From contig CAWGYA010000002.1 in NCBI GenBank assembly GCA_963826715.1, forward strand, positions 448,001-512,000: a DNA stretch of 64,000 nt, in the 5' to 3' direction. Made by a program: the position numbers and the translations under genes. The stretch is from Candidatus Bathyarchaeota archaeon (GTDB lineage Archaea; Thermoproteota; Bathyarchaeia; Bathyarchaeales; Bathycorpusculaceae). Position 1 is the first letter of the stretch, and each line of letters begins with the position of its first letter. Under the pieces are notes generated by a model. The model worked only from the letters and a program-made list of their open reading frames with translations. It was not told the DNA's origin and did not search any database. Shown piece by piece: positions 60,102 through 64,000 of this stretch.

Positions 60102-60836
60102 TTAACGGAAAACTGTGTATGTCTCTATGTTTGGGAGATAATCGGGGGTAATAATAATCGCCTTTCGGGTCGTGTGGCGTGACTTGAACAAGAAGGCATT
60201 AGCCCAGTTTGACTTGTGATATTCTTCAAAAATTAGTACGAGACCGCTATGCTGAGATGTGTCTCTGAATGCGTCTTCATCGATGTCTATCATTGCGTTT
60301 AGCTCGATAATCAATGATTTGATTTGCATCATTCCCATTAGGCTGTTTTTTGATGGACAAAACCTTGCATGTTGATTACTTGAAAGTTCAAGTTCTCGGA
60401 TGCTTTTGATTTCTTTCAACATGTCGTATTCGTGGTTTGGGTCAATCAATAGCACTGGGTTCTTGTCTTTTAGTGCTGGAATTAAGGTGTTTTTGACCCA
60501 GTAGCTTTTGCCACTGAGAGGTTTCCCAGTTAGGCACACTGGAACGCATTCATTCATGACTTTAGCTACTGTGACCATTTCTGTTGTTGGTTGGCTTTCA
60601 AGAAGATGATGAATAACAAAACCTGTGTCCTGAAACCCACATTCATGTGCTATAGTTTGCAATTTGTTGTAATCTTCAGGTTTCAGCTTGACTAATGTTA
60701 ATGCTCGTTGTACTGGTTCTTGGTTTGTCAGTATGGTATGTAGAGTTTCCGATATTGATAGTTGACCTGTAGAATTTTGGATTGCTCGAAGAGCTTGAAG
60801 GTCTTCTTTTAGAATCCTTGTGTGAGTTTCGCTCAT
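60102..60836 (-). CDS. Tandem RHH-like domains plus FtsK/HerA-like P-loop ATPase
   Basis: LTGKPLSGKS, LLIDPNHEY, LIFEEYH, SRH. Confidence 0.7.
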   Translation of the reverse strand: MSETHTRILKEDLQALRAIQNSTGQLSISETLHTILTNQEPVQRALTLVKLKPEDYNKLQTIAHECGFQDTGFVIHHLLESQPTTEMVTVAKVMNECVPVCLTGKPLSGKSYWVKNTLIPALKDKNPVLLIDPNHEYDMLKEIKSIRELELSSNQHARFCPSKNSLMGMMQIKSLIIELNAMIDIDEDAFRDTSQHSGLVLIFEEYHKSNWANAFLFKSRHTTRKAIIITPDYLPNIETYTVFR

Positions 60837-60864
60837 TAGTTAACCTCAAAAAAAGAAAAAAGAG

Positions 60865-61167
60865 TTAGAATAGAGGTTCTTGTCCTATTTCGTTTACTTC
60901 TTTTGCTTCTTGCTGGTTTTCTTGCTCAGGTTTTTGCTCTATAATATCTGCCTTAGCTCGGTTATTGAGATAGATATTGACTGTTGAGAAGTCTTGGCTT
61001 GGAAGCTGGTCAGCAAATGTACACCTAACACAGTCATCGTACGACTTGCATGTTTCATTGCATGGATTTGGTGCGGTCAGATACGCTCCTGAGAATTTTC
61101 CACCTTTAATGCGCCACCTGAACGAATCTCGGTAACGGCAATCATTTAATTTTGACATGTTTTTCAC
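60865..61167 (-). CDS. Hypothetical Cys-containing protein
   Basis: GAGGTGA SD; PCNETC...CVRC. Confidence 0.55.
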   Translation of the reverse strand: MKNMSKLNDCRYRDSFRWRIKGGKFSGAYLTAPNPCNETCKSYDDCVRCTFADQLPSQDFSTVNIYLNNRAKADIIEQKPEQENQQEAKEVNEIGQEPLF

Positions 61168-61345
61168 CTCTGTTGTTTTTTTGTGTTACATTGTGTAACT
61201 TTGTTTTCTGATGTGTTCATTTTTTTCTCTTTGTTCTTTTCGTTTTTTCTTGACACATTTTGTTTCGAGAAAGCTCTGGGGAGCAGTGCATGGTTGAAAT
61301 CCTTGCTTGTATCTGCAAAAGATAGAGCAATCTGTTTTCAAAAAA

Positions 61346-61729
61346 TCAAACATTAGCATAGCTCCTTATTTTGTTGATAAGATTGGGATTTTTTCTACAA
61401 CAGCGAATTGTTACAAGTAATTGCTTAACAATTGGAGCGATTCCTTGAGGGTTCATAATGACTACTGTCTTGTCAAACTCCAAATTTCGCCTTGAACTCT
61501 CGACTTTGCCTGAAAATTTGTATCTGCTTTTGGAAAGGTCTTCAATTGTTAGAGTTGTTGTGGTGTTTTCTGAGTTGGAGTCAACTCTTGTGGCTTCCAG
61601 CATCATGGTCTTTTTCATATCGGAGTTGGTTATAGCACACTTTACGCTGTCATTTGGAACTCCGCTAACATCAGCGAAAGCTTTTATGATGTTTTGCTGA
61701 ATCGATTCATCGAACAATTTTTGTTTCAC
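61346..61729 (-). CDS. Hypothetical protein
   Basis: 127 aa co-oriented ORF. Confidence 0.5.
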   Translation of the reverse strand: MKQKLFDESIQQNIIKAFADVSGVPNDSVKCAITNSDMKKTMMLEATRVDSNSENTTTTLTIEDLSKSRYKFSGKVESSRRNLEFDKTVVIMNPQGIAPIVKQLLVTIRCCRKNPNLINKIRSYANV

Positions 61730-61763
61730 CTTTCGTTTTTCTTTGTTGCTTTTTCTTGTTGGT

Positions 61764-61814
61764 TTGAAGTTGGTGAGCGGAGTAAAAATCGCAAAAATGA
61801 CTCACCAACTTCAA
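61764..61814. repeat. Perfect 14-bp inverted repeat
   Basis: TTGAAGTTGGTGAG-N23-CTCACCAACTTCAA. Confidence 0.8.
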
Positions 61815-62271
61815 TGGATGTGGTAGACCACAATTCATCATTGGGCAGTTTTTAAGTATAAATGTGTTTTGGACAATTGTTGACACTAGACAGTGAGTGA
61901 GTAAACATTTGTTTTTAAAATTAGTCTGATACCTTACATTTTACTAGATTCTATTCCTGAGAAATTTTCAGAGAACGATGGAGCTAATGGTTGTGAGCAT
62001 AAAAAAACAGCAAAAGCTTGGACTCAGCTCTTAGCAGACTGCCAATATCTGTTTTGATTATGTTGCTTTTTATAACCTATATTTTGCTTGGACTAGAATT
62101 GGCTTGAACTTGTGATTCTATCTTAGGTTGCTTTGTCGAATGCTTACTGGTGTTGATAGCTTATGCATGTCTTCATACAGTAGTTGACTAACGATATCGA
62201 GTGGTGAGTAAACAAGGAATAGGAGTAGTCTTCTGCTACTGCTAATGGTTTAGCTGTCTGTGGTAGATTTC

Positions 62272-62832
62272 TCATTTTTCATTCCTCAACAATTCAGCTA
62301 TTTTTTCATCGATGTGGGTTGTTCGAGAATACTGATAGGATAGTATAGCTTCATCTTCACTTATTGAACCAAAGATTGTCATTGGCATTATTTCCCTAAA
62401 GTGTTGTTCGTGAATCCTCTGGTATGTAGCTGTTATGTTTACTATTTTCTTTATTTCTGATGGCTTTACTGCTCTTGCTATTATCAATGCTGAACTTTTG
62501 TGACCTAATGCTGAAGTACTGTAATATTGATGAAGCTCTTTCTTGCTTATGTTTAGCTCCAACACTACTGGTCTACCGCCATGATTAACAGCTTTTGGAT
62601 TTGGATTGCATTTGAATTCAGTGCAATGTTCTGTTTCTTCTCCTATCAATTTACTATAACAGTGTTCAAATGCGTAGATTGCGGAAGTCAATGCATTAGA
62701 AGTTACATGAACAACTGGAATTTTTGTTGAGTCTATATCATCTACTGTATTGAATGCGCTTAGTTCTGGTTGTATACCGTTCTTTCTTATGTCATCAAGC
62801 TCTACTGATGATATTCCTCTGTATACTTTCAT
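62272..62832 (-). CDS. ADP-ribosyltransferase-fold protein
   Basis: KVYRGIS...IRKNGIQP...VHVTS...A..YA...PVVLELNI...VKPSEI. Confidence 0.55.
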   Translation of the reverse strand: MKVYRGISSVELDDIRKNGIQPELSAFNTVDDIDSTKIPVVHVTSNALTSAIYAFEHCYSKLIGEETEHCTEFKCNPNPKAVNHGGRPVVLELNISKKELHQYYSTSALGHKSSALIIARAVKPSEIKKIVNITATYQRIHEQHFREIMPMTIFGSISEDEAILSYQYSRTTHIDEKIAELLRNEK

Positions 62833-63914
62833 GCGTCTTCCTCTTCTTCTTCATCGCCAAAGTCAGGTGTTTCTTTGTCTTGTTGTTCTGGTTCGAAGAC
62901 TACACCAATTAATTCTTGCTTCTTCTCGTCAACCTGTTTAAGTTCTTCAGGAGTAATCAAAGCTTGCATTTCACTTAGCGGTCTAATATTGATGTCGTCA
63001 ACGCAGAGTTTCCATTTGCCATCAACAAGTTTAGTGGTCACAATTTTCCCATTGATTGGGTCAACAACCTTCAGGTTAATGTCAAAAAGCACGTTGTACT
63101 TCTCAACAACTTTGTTGACCACATTGTAGAGTAGTTCAGGACTAATTTGGACAACGTGACTCCAACCAACTTTAGAGATGTCTGCTGGGTCTTTACCCCT
63201 TGTTATCTGGTTCAAGTTGAGATACCATGAGTATTGTCCACCAGATTTATCGAGTGTTATGTAGCCTTTATCTTTTAATGATGTCAAGAAATTCTTAACT
63301 GTACCTTGAGCTAACCCATTGCAGTAGTAAGTGTCAGTTATCTCTTTAGATGTTGCACCACCGTTCTTCTCTTCAGTTGTGCGTTCTCTATGGTAGTACA
63401 TGATTGCATTTAGTACGTTCAGTTCTTGTTTAGTAAGTTCTGGGAATGTTGCTCTGATAGCGTTGATGCCTATTCTGCAAGCTAAGTATAGGTCTACCCA
63501 GTCGCATATGTACCATTGACTTTTAGGTAGCCCATGTCTCCGCATCCAGTGTAAAGTTTTAACGATTTCAAAGAACTTTGGTATATCTCTGCGTGAGTCT
63601 GTGATTTTACTGCTAAATAATAAATCAATAAGTTCAGCTTCAGCGTATGGAACAACAATTTGTTTGTTATTGTCAGGAACTTTATCTCGGCAGATGATTC
63701 TCATTGCTTCTCTAAAGATAGCTATTTCATTGTCTGTTGCAAAGATATGTAACCCTTGAAGTTCTCTTAGCTGTTCTTCTTTGATTTTACGTGTAAGTTC
63801 TTCGCTGTCATCCATGTGTATTGTGATTGACCCTGACTTCACTGCATTGTCTTTTGTTAAGTCGTTGACTGTAGCAATTATTGGAACATTGCGCTTAACT
63901 GTTATAGTGTCCAT
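62829..63914 (-). CDS. Replication-protein-like fragment/protein (AAA lid plus winged helix); may extend beyond the window
   Basis: PIIAT, VVPYA, SRRDIPKF, DWVDL...A, then wHTH GTVKNFLTSLKDKGYI; acidic tail. Confidence 0.55.
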   Translation of the reverse strand: MDTITVKRNVPIIATVNDLTKDNAVKSGSITIHMDDSEELTRKIKEEQLRELQGLHIFATDNEIAIFREAMRIICRDKVPDNNKQIVVPYAEAELIDLLFSSKITDSRRDIPKFFEIVKTLHWMRRHGLPKSQWYICDWVDLYLACRIGINAIRATFPELTKQELNVLNAIMYYHRERTTEEKNGGATSKEITDTYYCNGLAQGTVKNFLTSLKDKGYITLDKSGGQYSWYLNLNQITRGKDPADISKVGWSHVVQISPELLYNVVNKVVEKYNVLFDINLKVVDPINGKIVTTKLVDGKWKLCVDDINIRPLSEMQALITPEELKQVDEKKQELIGVVFEPEQQDKETPDFGDEEEEEDA

Positions 63915-64000
63915 TTCGCCTGAATCTTTGTTTTTGTTTGCGTATTGAGTGGTTGACCCAGCGTCCCCTGTTCTTCGATTACGGAGTTCACGTGCTTCTT

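Larger units (their letters stand above)
56689..64000. mobile_element. Second integrated element (provirus or integrated plasmid) at tRNA-Cys, truncated by the window end
   Basis: Integrase ends 26 bp from the tRNA 3' end; co-oriented orphan-like genes follow; distal att not in window. Confidence 0.75.

Noticed and set aside
56660-64000. Distal att repeat for the tRNA-Cys element
   Set aside because: No copy of the tRNA-Cys 3' end seen downstream in the window, so the element boundary is not called

Overview
Archaeal DNA, most like Bathyarchaeia (inferred from TFB, aIF1/SUI1, TATA-type promoters and gene style). (1) 1-2615: host or relic region with small genes. (2) 2616-39919: a ~37.3 kb element integrated at the 3' end of tRNA-Gln(TTG), bounded by a 15-bp direct repeat. 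It carries a tyrosine integrase whose C-terminus is read through the att site, a small core module, a non-coding hairpin array and ~32 kb of defence cargo. The cargo is a type 3 BREX operon with two brxA-like paralogues, a UvrD-nuclease fusion, a sacsin/GHKL-DUF3883 protein, a RanBP2-type zinc-finger microprotein, an SF1 helicase-PLD protein (Mokosh II-like), an RNase J-like MBL plus nuclease pair, a PLD nuclease, a tandem PD-(D/E)xK protein and a P-loop protein. (3) 40-56.6 kb: host genes, including TFB, aIF1, an ACD-GNAT fusion and an aryl-acid catabolic cluster (liv ABC transporter, paaK, iorAB, paaI); IorA carries an internal polyferredoxin insertion. (4) From tRNA-Cys(GCA) at 56616 to the window end: a second integrated element with a Zn-ribbon integrase, a Cys-repeat protein, an RHH-ATPase, an ART-fold protein and a replication-like protein. 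All family assignments come from reading motifs by eye; no database searches were run.
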